A stretch of DNA of 64,000 bases, from NCBI RefSeq assembly GCF_018977255.1, contig NW_024704742.1, forward strand, positions 3,722,001-3,786,000. Reading direction: 5' to 3'. This DNA is from Callorhinchus milii. Taxonomy: Eukaryota. Positions 27,520-40,335 of the stretch are shown here, piece by piece (within the stretch, counting starts at the first letter, position 1; every line of letters starts with the position of its first letter). A program made the position numbers and the translations under genes. The notes below the pieces were generated by a model, which saw only the letters and a list, made by a program, of their open reading frames with translations, made no database searches and was not told the origin of the DNA.

Positions 27520-27883
27520 CCACTTCGGGACTTGAACTCATATAGACGAAGCCGACACTCTTATGCAGTGCTGGGTGTGGGGGGGGGGGGGGGGGCGGTG
27601 AGGGGGGTTTGCAATGTTGGAGGTGCCATCTGCCTACTCAGGTGGAAGGTTAAAGACCCTGTGGCACTATTCAAAAAGAGAAGGGAGTTTCTCCTGGTGT
27701 CCTGGCCAATAATCCCCGAATAAAGTTGATCTTTCGTTTCATGGCTGTTTGTGGGACATTGCTCTGCGGGTTTGGCTTCCACGTTAGCCTACAAAATCCA
27801 TTTAACAGCATATCTTGTGAAGCGCTTTAAGACGTCTCAATGACGTGTTAAGGTGCTCTAATGAAAGCAAGGATTATTATTAT
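27520..27883 (+). mobile_element. SINE family B
   Basis: caggtggaaggttaaagaccctgtggcactattc...ggtgtcctggccaa plus tail. Confidence 0.8.
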
Positions 27884-30515
27884 TAGAAATATACTCTTAC
27901 CTACTGTAATCTAAACCACATTAAGTTTCCCTAAAACAGAATGAAGTCTTCTCGGTTTTACTGCACTAATCCCAGTTTAGTCACATCGCTGCAGTACAAA
28001 AACAGACCTCTTCATTTTTGGCCTCAAGACAAACCACTGTGACCCAGGTGTTTTGCATTTGCACCACAGTAAAAAAAAATTAAAAGAAAAAAAATTCATC
28101 TCACCTAACATAATCAGTCCAGGCACTGCGGCAACAGAACAAGAAATATTTTCAGCTGAACTCAACATGCCATAACTGGTCGCTTCAGCAAAGGGTCAAC
28201 TTTAGCGAGAGGAACACCCTCTATTTATCATACACTTATCTACTCAGATCTCTGCTAGGCAACAGAGAAACAAACACAGAAGAACACCCTCAGGAAAAGA
28301 CAGAATCTTTGATTTGTACTGTCAGGAAATGTTTATTTTAACATGTGCGACTGCTAATCACCACCAGTCGACAGAAATACGCCTGATGTTATTAAGGGTG
28401 TGAGTTTACGCGTGCAATTAAACAGATAATTAAGCGGTAACGAGAGTGCAACAAAAAGTTTAGATAGCTTGCAAACAAAATTGCAATGACTTGGGGCAAT
28501 CAAGGAGAGCTTTGGGAAGATTCTGGATCTCACAAAGGTTTCAGTACGATTTTAAATTTACTAACTTTGTCAAACGGTAGTTTGCTGATTTGAGGCTGAA
28601 TCGTGTTTTTTTAAAAAAAGAAAGATAATGAGGGTGCAGAGAAGAACCCAAATCCAAATCGAGGGCTTGGAGTCTGAAAATACCTAGATTTGATCAAAAT
28701 CGATACGTCTATTTTTTTGGAGCTGAATTAAATTAAAATAAATGACATCCGGAAACTTTCAGACCCTACTCCGAATCCTGACCCCCGTGAAACAAAGTCC
28801 ACCTCTGTAATCCCTGCTGGGCGAGTGCAAAATAGGATTCAGAAGAACCGATCTAACAATAAATTCTTGCATTTGATAAGTAAATGCCATACGTGGTTGA
28901 AACACCTCAAAGCGCTTCACAGTTTACTGTGAAGCGTAGTGACTGTGCATTTTTTCGGCGAACACGTCCTGTTCAGGTGGACATTAAAGATCCCGTGGCG
29001 TTATTTAAAACGATAGTGTAGAATGAAACCTTCAGTGGAGCACACAGAGCTTCATATTAACACCACAGTACTGCATTATAGCTGGTGTCCTATTTACAGG
29101 GCTATACAGTAGACCTCTCTCGTTCTGTCTTAAAACCCAGCTTTTGAATCCACCTTTTGACACCTATTCCCATAGCACTATTCGAAAGGAGAAGGGAGTT
29201 TTCTCCTGGTGTCCTGGCCAACAGTCCCACATATTAATTGGCCATTCCATCCACTTTGTGGACATCAGTTGGACATTGCAGGGCACAAAATTAAATGCCG
29301 AGTTCCCCAACAATAACAGTCACTGCACTTTACAGTAAAACCATAAAGTGTTTTGAGATGTTTGAGAGTAGAGGTCCTTTACCAAATACAAGGATTATTT
29401 GGACAAACTCACATCTACAAGAACAAAGCAGGTTAACTCTCGGATATCAGTTATACTGGGTGGGACTCAAGCGCGGTGAGCTAAGTGAGTTAATGAGTCT
29501 TGCCCAGTTGCATTAGATATTGTCGAAGGAAATTCACGAGCACTTTAATCCACTGAATTGTCAGTACACGTCTGGGTGAAACGTCTGGAGTTCAGTTTAA
29601 GTATGACAAAATGGGTTCTCAATGAACTGAATGAACTCCTGAGTAACTGCACCGCCAAACTGTTTTAACAGCGCAAATCCCATCCCAATGCAATCATGCA
29701 ATTCATCCTTATGGAGAAGCACCTGCAATTCGAGTGTATTATTCTGCACTCGCGTTAGATATTGGCGGGTTTCCGAGCTCAAATTATAGCCTTTCACGTG
29801 CAAGACATGATGGCAATTTAACAAGTTAACATTCACATCAATATAACCAGGGCATGAGACGGCTACCGACAAACACTGTTTGTGGGACGTCACGGTTTAT
29901 CCCTTCAAATAAAACCCATCTTGACTAACCGACCCATATACGCAAAGCATGACCGTCCAGCCCTTACAAGCACGTTTGGTCGTGCAGCATTAGATTCTCT
30001 TCTGAACTAAAATCAAAAGGTTTAATAATTGAGAGCTTCATTTCCTGATTCTCTAGATTGTACAACAAAAATGGGAACCAGAAAAACAACCCAAACAGAG
30101 CCCCATCTGTAGAGCATTAAGAGTATCAGGAAAATCTATACAACTGCAGGCAGATCAGCTGGTGTCGTACAGATTTAAGCCATCATCTCAAAATTGGAAG
30201 GGCGTACTTTGCCGTGTGTTTCACTTCATGTCTTTCTACAAAACAAATTAAACCCGAGAACATTTTAAAGTTAAATAGACCATCTGAAGAGCCATCAGCT
30301 CCCTGGCTCCTTCATTTCCTGCTTGCTGCACAGAAATATTGACAGCTGTGGATAAGGAAGGAAATCAGATGCACATTCTAAACCGTTTAATGCTATCTAT
30401 CTAAGCTGGATGTTGATCTGTTAACTGTAGAGGGGTTATAATCCTTTGGGGATGGCGATCAGTCAGTTCTTCGCCCCCACCCACCCCAGGCATCAGCTCA
30501 GCTGAAAAGTCGAAT

Positions 30516-30792
30516 GACCAAATTATTATCATTATATTTTTTAAAGGATTATTATCCCCGGAAAAGCGATCCGCCAATTGACTAACAACCAGGTTCTTAC
30601 TTACTGTTAGGTAAACGCGGGCATGTGTGGAGTAACAATCCGGATATCCAATTAATTAATCAAATTGGCCGCCACGTTTTCACCCACAAATACAGGCAAT
30701 TCACTTAGAATACAATATATTCTATAAAGCACTTTGAGACGTCTCAATGATGTGATAGGGCACTACATCAAATGCAAGGATTATTATTATTA
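30516..30792. mobile_element. Rearranged SINE A pieces (minus-strand middle plus plus-strand tail)
   Basis: 30516-30633 matches the reverse complement of the middle; 30660-30792 is a forward tail. Confidence 0.7.
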
Positions 30793-33700
30793 GCAGTATT
30801 AAATCTAACCGCCTAGGTGTAAACACAAAACCTCTGAGCAGCCTTTGACTCTGATGTCGCAAAAGGAAGTGACATGTGCAGTGCTCCTTATAATAAACTC
30901 AATGAATAATCCTTGCATTTGATGCAATGTCCTCCCCGCTATGGGTGAGGGGAGGAAGACGTTAGAAGCAGAGGTCACTAAGCTGCACTCGGTGAGATAC
31001 CTCAATAGTCACATTGGCAGAGAACTGGGCTGGGTGGACTGCAGTTGAGATGTGCTGTTAAAGACTAATATCCAAGACGAGGGACTTGGCGGTGGAGGGG
31101 AGGACAGTGAAAGAAAGAGATGCACCAAGATCCGTCAAGGGGAAAAGGCAGGCCATTTGCTATCCTTCAGGTGTGGTGTGAAAGCGAGATCCCATTTGTC
31201 TGTCCAGGAGGAGGTAAAAGATCCCTTGGCCGTTTGTGAGACATCGAGAGCACAATTGGGCTTCTGTATTCACCTACAAATACACAGTCACTCCACTTTA
31301 CGAGAAATCCCGTGAAGCGCTGTGAGACACCCTCGCAAGGTGAAAGGCGCTATACCAAATGCAAGGATTATCAGTATTGTTATTTCACAAAATGAAGCCA
31401 CGAGTGACAGAAACATTTGTGACAAACATCAGCACATTCCAGTCGGAAACTAACGGTTTTTAAGTTAGAATTCTATTTTTAAAAAAGCATAAAAATGTTT
31501 TTAGTCAGAAACGCACGATCACACCGAAGACCTACCATCAATTCAGCAGCTGCAAATCAAAACAGATTAGTTTGCTTTTCAAAATAAATTATCAGACTGT
31601 TTTGTGTGTTTTTTTTATATAAACAAATGCAGAATTCTACATTTTATTGCGAAAAACTAAACAAAAAAAAACCTTGGGAGCTAAGCCAAGCTGTGTTTAA
31701 TTTATTTGCGGCTAAGGTTTGGCTCCGGATTCAATGTGGCTATCATTCCCCCCTCTCCCCTTTGCCAAACATAACCTTCATCTATACCAATTGACCTGGC
31801 AGCCATCGAGACAAGGAGGCTCGCTGTTGCTCAGTGCAGTTATTTGCTCGAATCTCCATTTACAGTATAAATCTTCATTCTTCCTGTGCAGACTTAAAAG
31901 AAGAGAAATTGCAGATCGCTCCGCTTAAAAGGGGGATCAGAATCTACAATCATTTTGCCTCCCGGAAAAACACAAGGCATAAATCCGACTTGAAATTTGA
32001 GACCTTCCAACATGGTTAGTGACCCAGTTCTGCCTAATGTTGAACAAACTCAATATTTACTCGGAGGCTTGTGCTAGGATCAGATCTCTTGGATCACGAA
32101 TGCAGCAGGAAAATCAGATTTCATTTAATGAAGGAATATTCATAAGTCATAATAGTCCTTGCATTGGATACCCTTCACGTCAGGAAGCATTTCAAAGGGT
32201 TTACTGTTCAATGTAGTGACTATATTTTGTCGGCAAAAGAAGCCACAAGATTTATCTTTTAATGTATTAGCATTGCAGTAACTTGGGTCGAACAGAGAGG
32301 ATCTAATTCAATGCCCGATAACCATCTCATTGCATGGTTTGGGATGTCATCCCAATGTGAAGGGTATCCAATGCAAGGATCATTATGATTTATTAATACT
32401 CCTTCATTAAATACTACATGATATGGTCTTGTGCAAATTGTGTCCGGTTCACATATTTACTGGCAAAACAAATCTTGTTATCAGTGAATCCACAGACCAT
32501 TTGCTCACCAAATAAGGGAGTTCCGATTGGCACTATTCCCAGGCAATTATCCACATGTGCCCGACATGAGTAGAAGCACAAGAAAGTGATTGGTAAGTGA
32601 GCACAAAAGGATGAGCGAGTTCAGAAGCACTTTGTCTTTTAAAATAAAAAAAAAAGGAAAAACTTGGCTCATCTGCATTTGATTTCATGTCGAATTCTGC
32701 TCGCTCACAGATAATCCCAAACCAGGCTGATTTTTAAAAAAAAATGTTTACCAAAGGAGCGAGATAAAATAATCAAAAAAATGTATTGAGCGCCTTGCGA
32801 CGTCCTCCCGATGTGAAAGGTGTTATACGAATGCAAGGTGTTGTTGGAATCGCTTTCGTCTTTAACCTCTCCCCACTGTACAAAGATCATGGCTCGCACC
32901 AGTATCGCAGGCCAACAAACAGTAAGGTCTTTTAAGCACGGTGAAAGCCAGCTAATGATGACCTTGCTTGGCGAAGAAGTGTCGGCTTCGTACTTCAAGA
33001 GAGGAGAAAACAAAAGGGTGAAGAATGGAGACATTTCAGAGGCGTTAAATTCAATTTACAGAAATGACCCCTTACTTTAGCGTTTTCTTAATAGAAAACT
33101 CCTGTAAATTGTCAGCACAGGACACTGCAGTGAGGGAAAGCGCACATAATCACGTCAAGATGTGCCTGGAAATGCAGTTTCATGGCTGGATTCGAAGAAC
33201 AGATGGTTGTCTTGAGCGTGATCCCAGGCATTCGGACAGAACGTAACTGGAATAATCTGTTCATTCTCGGAAGATGCTCCATTCTGTGATTTATTTGAAC
33301 AGGACAGTGAATAGTTAAGCTACGTTAAGCGTGACGGTGCCCAATTTCAGGCATGCAGATTAAATCAGGATAAGTGGCCGAGTCTAAACCTTTTGTTAAA
33401 TTCTTCCCATCCACCCCGCCCTACCGCAGAAGTTTTGGACAAGGTTAGAATTCTCTCTCTCTCTCTCCTTCCGCCCTAACCTCCCCCACCCTCCGATTAT
33501 TTTTGTTCAAGTTAATCTAGTTTACAATAAAGCTTCCGTGCACCCTAGAAATCAAATACTCCGAGACGCTGCAATGTCTGAGTACTTCATTTCAAGGGTT
33601 TATTGTAAACTGTATTGTAATCAACGCAAGTTGATGAAATGTAAACGGAGAGTTCAAGTAGCCCAGTTCTGAAGTGCTTCAATAATCCCTGTCCAGCCCA

Positions 33701-34399
33701 GATCCGCACGACAAGTTTCTCTGCCAAAATATGCTGCAAGCTAAAAGTTTGTTCAATACCATCAGCGCAAGGTATTCAACAAACATATCTTTAGAGTAAA
33801 TATTGCACTGAGAATATCCTTGTGAATGCAAAATGGTTATTCAGCTAGATAGTTTAATGACTATTTAGGTCCATAGCACCTGTTCAGGGCATTTTCATTT
33901 CCATACTGCCTTGGGATCTGGTGCGTAACCTATTTTATTCACTTTGAGTCATGACAGGAAATACTTGAAAATGAGACGGGTAGATTGAACCCAAGTGGAA
34001 GAATGATAAATGGAAAAGACTACGTGGAAAGTCCTCCAGACGTGAAAAGCACTGCACCAAAGGTAAGGATTATTATATCGTAATAAGGCATCACTGGACT
34101 GGTACTCATCATTGCCCTAAATCGCTCGGGATGGAAGGAGACACGAGCAAAGCAATGCTGGGATCCCCTGGAGAGAGATCAAAAGCACTCAGTGACACAA
34201 GGGTCTAACTCGTAGTGCCAAGCACTCACACCTCAAGATGGGATATAAAGATCCTTTTTGCTTCTGAAAAAACGTTACATTTACCGTCCAAGAAAAGCGG
34301 TCAGTCAGAAGCCACGAGGGGAACGGCCCTTTGCAAGTCATTCTGCAGTAGAAATTGGAGAATACTGAAGGGCAGACCAGCAGGATAATAATAATTAAA

Positions 34400-34872
34400 G
34401 TAATAATAATCCTTGCAGTCCATATAGCTCCTCAAGAGGTCTTCGAGACGTCTCAAAGCGCTTCACAGAACATACTGTGAAGTGAATTGACTAGATTTTG
34501 CGGGCGAAACGCGGCAGCCGATTACGCACAGCAGCGTCCCACAAACAGTCGTGGATTGAGTGACCAAATTCTTCTTATTGTTTTTTGAACAGATTATTCT
34601 CCCCGGAAAGCGTCCACCAATCGACTAACAACCAGGTTCATACTTACTGCTAGGGAAGAAGGAAACTTGCCAAAATATTCAGACAATTCACTTTACAGTC
34701 TATTCTGTGAAGCACTTTGAAACATCTCGCAGACGTGATAAGGCACGATATCAAATGCAAGGATTAGTATTATTATTATTGCCTAATTATTATTATTCTC
34801 CCCACTCAGGAATCGAACCCAGGTCTTCTCGCTTGTGAGGCGAGTGCTCCAAGCACGACACTACAGGACTCC
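34400..34872 (-). mobile_element. SINE family A with a nested opposite-strand SINE tail (34671-34780)
   Basis: Tail and middle at 34400-34670 and head at 34800-34872 are on minus, with a plus-strand tail between them. Confidence 0.88.
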
Positions 34873-36139
34873 ACGAGGACTAAACGAGAACAATTGCCTG
34901 GTACAGATCAACCCCGTTACAGTGTAGGACATCCGACCAATACCTCAGTGGCCATGATATAAGCAAACTGGGAGTGTCGGACGATGTTGTCAGGTCACTG
35001 TGGACATCACTTGCTTCGGGAAGTGAGACGAGTCGCACGGCGCACACACAACAGAACGTGGCATCAGCAGCAACCCGATGACCCACGCATCGGCCTATTT
35101 TTAGCGGGGAATCCAACTAGTAATCAGCACGAGAAGCCAGGTGTACCGTACAGGACATCAGCATTATGTACGTAGCCAGGCTAGAACTGGAGTGAGGGGT
35201 AGGAGATGGGGAGGAAGGGAAAGAAAGATCAAGGAAAGAAACAATGATGATACACTGACAGACGGATTATTGTCTCGATTCACTCCTCAACATCTAGTCT
35301 ATTCACACAATTTGCTGAGCCAAATGTCAACACCCCACAGTGCGGAGCAGCCAGATACCCTGACTAGCGGGAATGACTGGAATGAGATGCAGACCAGGCC
35401 CGAAAAGGTCATCCTGAACAACAGCAGAGCCTTTGAGAAAGTACAAAGCGGTGGGTACCTTTACCCCATCCGTCAGCTCTACGCCTCTGATCGGTGCAGC
35501 TCTAAGCTCTTAATTAGCACTGCGAGCCGGAGAGAAAGGCATTCCTTCCTTCAGCTGTGAAAGCACGTTCTCTTGTGTTGCGCCGGGCAAAGAATTTGGT
35601 AGTGCTTAAAGTATCAGTCTGGCAACTACACACTTTGAAAAGCTTTATAAGAAAAGCTGCACGTTACTTGTAATAGCACCTAGCCACATAGTTGCCACGA
35701 ATCCAAGTTACGCTCCTTTCGCATTCCAACAACAGATCGGGAGATAGAGCCCCCGGGAGAGCTTTTCTTTTAACCATTTCAATGGAGCTGGGAAATCCAT
35801 TTCTCTTGTTATTTTAATATCTTCCTGCTTCAGCTACGCTACGAGCGCTCGAAACACGTGGGACACGACGGACGTTCAGAAACAGGACTGCGATCATATA
35901 CACTGCTGAGAAATACGTCTGATGCAACTTTAGCCGGGTAATAAATTTAGTTCAGACGTGGTCAATTATTGCAAATAACAACGCGGTAATCACAAAAATA
36001 TTTGAAATCGATTTTTTTTTTTTAAATGGTAAACTCAGATAATTCTCAGGAGGGTTGTGACCTTTGCGTTGTCACAATTTCATAGCATTTACTTTGATCG
36101 ATTAACATCCAATTTCGTATGCTGATCGATTCCCTATAA

Positions 36140-36606
36140 TAATAATAATAATTGTATTTGACGTACGCCAGAAGGACGTCTGAAGAGTTCCACGGGATTC
36201 ACTGTGAAATGTAGTGACTGCGTATTTTGTAGGCGAATGCCACAGACAATTTGCACTCAGCAATGTCCCACAAAAAGCCATAAAGCCCCTTGGGACGTCC
36301 TCCCGACGTGAAAGGGGCTATACAAATGTTGTGTTTTGTAAAGCGAGTGACCGATTTTATTTGGGGGAATGTTCGGCCAGGACACTGGAACAAATTCCCT
36401 TCTCTTCTCGAGTAGTGGCAACGGGTTATTTAACATCCTCTCGAGCAGGCTGATAGGGTTGCGGTTTAACATCTCATCCGAAGGACAGTATCTTTGACAG
36501 TGCAGGGCTGCGTTGGAGCGTCAGTGAGTTGAATCTACGATACAAGGTGGTTGAATCCACAACCTTCTGACTCAGGCACAAGTGCCCTACCAACTGAGCC
36601 AGGCTG
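36140..36606 (-). mobile_element. SINE family B, with a short plus-strand L2-type tail insertion (~36282-36335)
   Basis: Head, Deu-like domain and tail on minus. Confidence 0.78.
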
Positions 36607-38485
36607 AAACCCGACACCTTTTATTTTCAACAGCAGAACGGTTCTGAGAAGGAATTAGGAATTTTATTTTCCAATTATTCCAAGAAAAAAATCTCATTGG
36701 CCGGGGACCGAGGCGAGCTTTGCACAAACTCCGCACGCGGTAACTCAGAAAGCTGTTTTAATGTTAAACTCCTTCTTTTTTTCACAAAGAAATGTGGTTA
36801 AGAGTCCAAATGCAGTCCATCTGACATCCTCCGCACCGCTCCAAATGTTTAGAGTTCTTTTGAAAACTGTTCTGCGTGAATGAGATTCCTGAAAACTCTC
36901 GAGATAGGTACAGCCAAACCGCTTCAAAAACTGCTCAGGGACTGGGCCAAAGGGCTTTTTATATAAGGATGGCCTCTGAGAAGGTTTCGCCGGTGTGCAA
37001 ACCAGGTGTTTGTTAACAGGGAGTAGTTGCTGAAGGGAGGTAGTTGTTTAAACAAGCTTGACTGAAGTTGGGATGAAGCAAAGAATCAATATTTTAAACC
37101 TCTCCCCATACTCTCCTCACTACCCATCACCGGCGTATACTATAATTTTAGTACCAATGGAACTAAACTTCGATTGGATCCCAAACTGTAAAACATTTCC
37201 ACGGATATCTTCAGCACATTCAATTGGTCTCGGGCAGCATAAAATGCGTTGCCTACAGATACGCAATCTGCGCAGCAAAACGCTGCAAAGCATTTTGAGA
37301 CATCCCGACAAAGTGATAAAATGCTTGCAGCAAATGCGAGGATTATTATTGTAAACAGCAGCAAAATGACACAATCATCTCAAAATGTGCAGCGAGGGAG
37401 GGGTTCCCTAAACCATGATAATCAGAGTGGGCCTCTGGTTACAACTCTCTAAATGGGGAGAAATGTCGTCTACTTATTGAGCATTTTACTGTGTCCAAAA
37501 TGTGGCAAATTGTTGAATTCAAAATCATTTTTCTCTAATAAAGAGTCCTTGCGTTTGATGTAGCCCCTTTCGCGTTAGGAGGACAACGTTTCAAAGCACG
37601 TCGCAGGATTTGCAGTAAAGCCCTGTGACCGTGGAATGTGTTGGAAAAACTCCTTTTTCTAAAAAAAAAGTTGAGGGAAATCCAACTTCGAAATTGAGAC
37701 GAGGTTTGAAGAAGGAGCCAAATTCTGGCCATTCGGAAATGCTTTGTGAAGTAAATCTCGAATTTCTCCCCATAACTGCTCTCTCCGTCCTGTCAGCTCA
37801 CCTCAGTTAGCAAAAGGTTAAACCCTGCAATACCAAATGTCTTTCAAGAGCGAGCGAAAAGCAGAGTTTAAAATCAAAAGCTGTCCGTTTTATACACAAG
37901 CTGTACAGAGATGATAACCTGCTTGAAGGCTATTGTAGAAATAAAAATTGTTGCTCTTGCGTCACAAAAAATATACAGGACCATCTCTTGCCCGATGCAA
38001 ACAAGTGTTAAGATAAATATTTCCTTACTACTGTTGTCCACAGGTGATGTCACTCTGTTCCTGCCAGGACTGCGCTAACGATAGTTTAGCTGAATGTACT
38101 TGCGCCGTCTGTGACAATAATACAGTTTTCGTAATGTTTAGTTCGACTGACGCTAAAATTAGTCTCTCGCTCACGCCTACTGCCAGCAGCTTTGTGTGTT
38201 GCACTCTGGCCCCGCTGTTTCCAGATCTCAGAACGCGACAGGGTTCTGCGAAGAGACAACAGATCACGTTGCTCTTCGCTGGGGGGGGACCTATCTACCT
38301 GTTCGTCCATCGAACTATTCCGGCAGGTTCGGTGTGCCACAAGCCACCCGAGGAAAGACATCGGGCATAAATCATCATGCCTATCAACCGATCGCGTTGC
38401 AATTATAAAGTCGCCCATCGCTGCAGACTGTGAATGACAAGAGCTGATATCGGATGGGGAAAAAAAAATCAAATCGATAACTTAC

Positions 38486-38581
38486 CCTGGAGATTGTCAG
38501 GGGCATGTTGAAGTCTTTGCCACCTTGCAGTCTGAAACCCCATGGCGACGGGCCAGTCAAAGACACACTGTAGTTGCTCAT
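38486..38581 (-). CDS. PDLIM5: PDZ and LIM domain protein 5 (ENH), first coding exon (whole exon 38486-38636, including 55 nt of 5'UTR)
   Basis: Translates [32 protein letters not shown] (96 nt, phase 0). Donor is AGG|GTAAGT at 38485 and acceptor is ttttttttcccccag| at 38637. The ATG has A at -3 and an in-frame upstream TGA in the UTR. The MSNYSVSL start matches PDLIM5 rather than LDB3 or PDLIM7. Confidence 0.96.
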
Positions 38582-38779
38582 GATTTCACCGTCGGGAACA
38601 ACACGTTCGTTTCGGTTTCAGGGTCAAATGAGCCAACTGGGGGAAAAAAAACAGTCACACACAAACCGAAAGTTAATGGCAAAAAAAAATCACAGATATA
38701 CGTGAATCGTGACTGCGGTATTTGCAGAACGATACAGAGCGTTTGCAAACTGTTATTAGTTATTGATCATTTTATAAAC

Positions 38780-39150
38780 GGTAACAGCATCCGATACAGC
38801 GCCTTATCACGTCGTTGAGCTGTCTCGAACCGCTTCGCATAATATATACCGTAAAGTGTAGTGACTGTATATTTTGCGGGCGCAACGCGGCAGCCTATTG
38901 CGCACAGCGGCGTCCCACAAACGGTCGTGGGTTGAGTGACCACGTTGTCTTTTTTTGAAGGAATTATTACCCCCGGAAAAGCAATCCGCCAATCGACTAA
39001 CAAGCGGGTTCCGACTTACTGCTCGGTAAACAGAGGTGTGTGTGTGTGGAGTAAGGAAACTTGCCCAACGTTTCGCCCCCTGCCCGGGAATCGAACCCAG
39101 GTCGCTCGCTTGCGAGGCGAGTGCCCTAACCACTGAGCTACAGGTTTCCA
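38780..39150 (-). mobile_element. SINE family A, near full length
   Basis: Intact A and B boxes; lies ~145 nt upstream of the exon 2 acceptor. Confidence 0.92.
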
Positions 39151-39924
39151 TATATATATATATATGTATGTATTATATACTTCTAAACACAATTAGCAAT
39201 GAAACGTCAGTGGCTGTTTGGGAACCTTTAAAGAGGAACCGTCTAACTGCGAAAGTTCATGTTCCCTATGGGTTTTTTTGCCTTAAGATTACCATGATTT
39301 ATTTTAAAAAACGAAGTGGTTTTTATTACCCCTTTTCCCTCACTCATCAGAGGGAAGTGTCAGTACTTTGAAACATCTCCTTCTAAGTTCGGATAATTCT
39401 TTACATTGATAGTTTCTCTTGGGATAACGGAGCGTTTTATTTAAAAGCACGATTCTTTACACAAACACCAAGTATTAACGCAAAAAAGAAGGGCTACACT
39501 TTAACCCAATACAGCGCAACCATTATAACTGGCTTCGGGATTATTTAACATGCTACTGTGTCATTTCAGTCTACAAACACTGTTCCTTTGATACGGTACA
39601 GATAAATACAACTTATCTTACAAGCAAGGAGACGCAGACCCACTCTACCAACACTTGACGCCAACTATTACACACACAGGTTTGTCGGGCATTACTGTAC
39701 GTGCCTTTTTTTAAAAAAAACTGGTTCTAATTGCAATCCACAAAAAATGACCAAACTATTATTTTTGTTGCCAACGCCCACCGACTCCCCCACGCTATCC
39801 TCACGGGTAAGAGCGAGCGTCAAAAGATCCGCCCACCGGATATTATTTGCAAACTATACGTCAAGGCAAAAAGCAAAGAAAACGGAAAGGCGCGACTGAA
39901 GGAAAGCGATTCAAAGGTTCTAAG

Positions 39925-40335
39925 GTCATTGGTTCAAGCCCCAAGTCGGGGGCTTTGAACTCACTCGGCGGACACTCCGATGCAGTGTTTGGGATGTTCT
40001 GGATTATTGAAGATGTTGGCCGTCCTTCAGAGGAGACATTAAACCGGGATCCTGTCTGCCTCTTCAGGTGGACGTTAAAGATCCCAGAGCGCTACTCGAG
40101 AAGAAGAGGGAGTTTCTCCCGGTTTCCGGACTAACAATCGCCTGGATTAAAAAAAAATGTCTGTGTCGTTCACTTCATGGCTGTTTGAGAGACCCACAAA
40201 CCGGCTGCTATCACCTAAATTGGCTGCCACGTGCTGCCTACAAACTAACGCAGTCACTACACTTTACGGTAAATCGTACAAAGTATTTTGCAACCTCCTC
40301 CCAACTTGAAAGGCACCGCTACCAAATGCAACGTT
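39925..40335 (+). mobile_element. SINE family B
   Basis: gagacattaaaccgggatcctgtctgcctcttcaggtggacgttaaagatccc is a Deu-like core. Confidence 0.82.

Noticed and set aside
14150..38581. LDB3 (ZASP) or PDLIM7 as the gene identity
   Set aside because: [13 protein letters not shown] and CTGSLxMxLQR fit PDLIM5. LDB3 has MSYSV/TPGSKAA and PDLIM7 starts MDSFKV.
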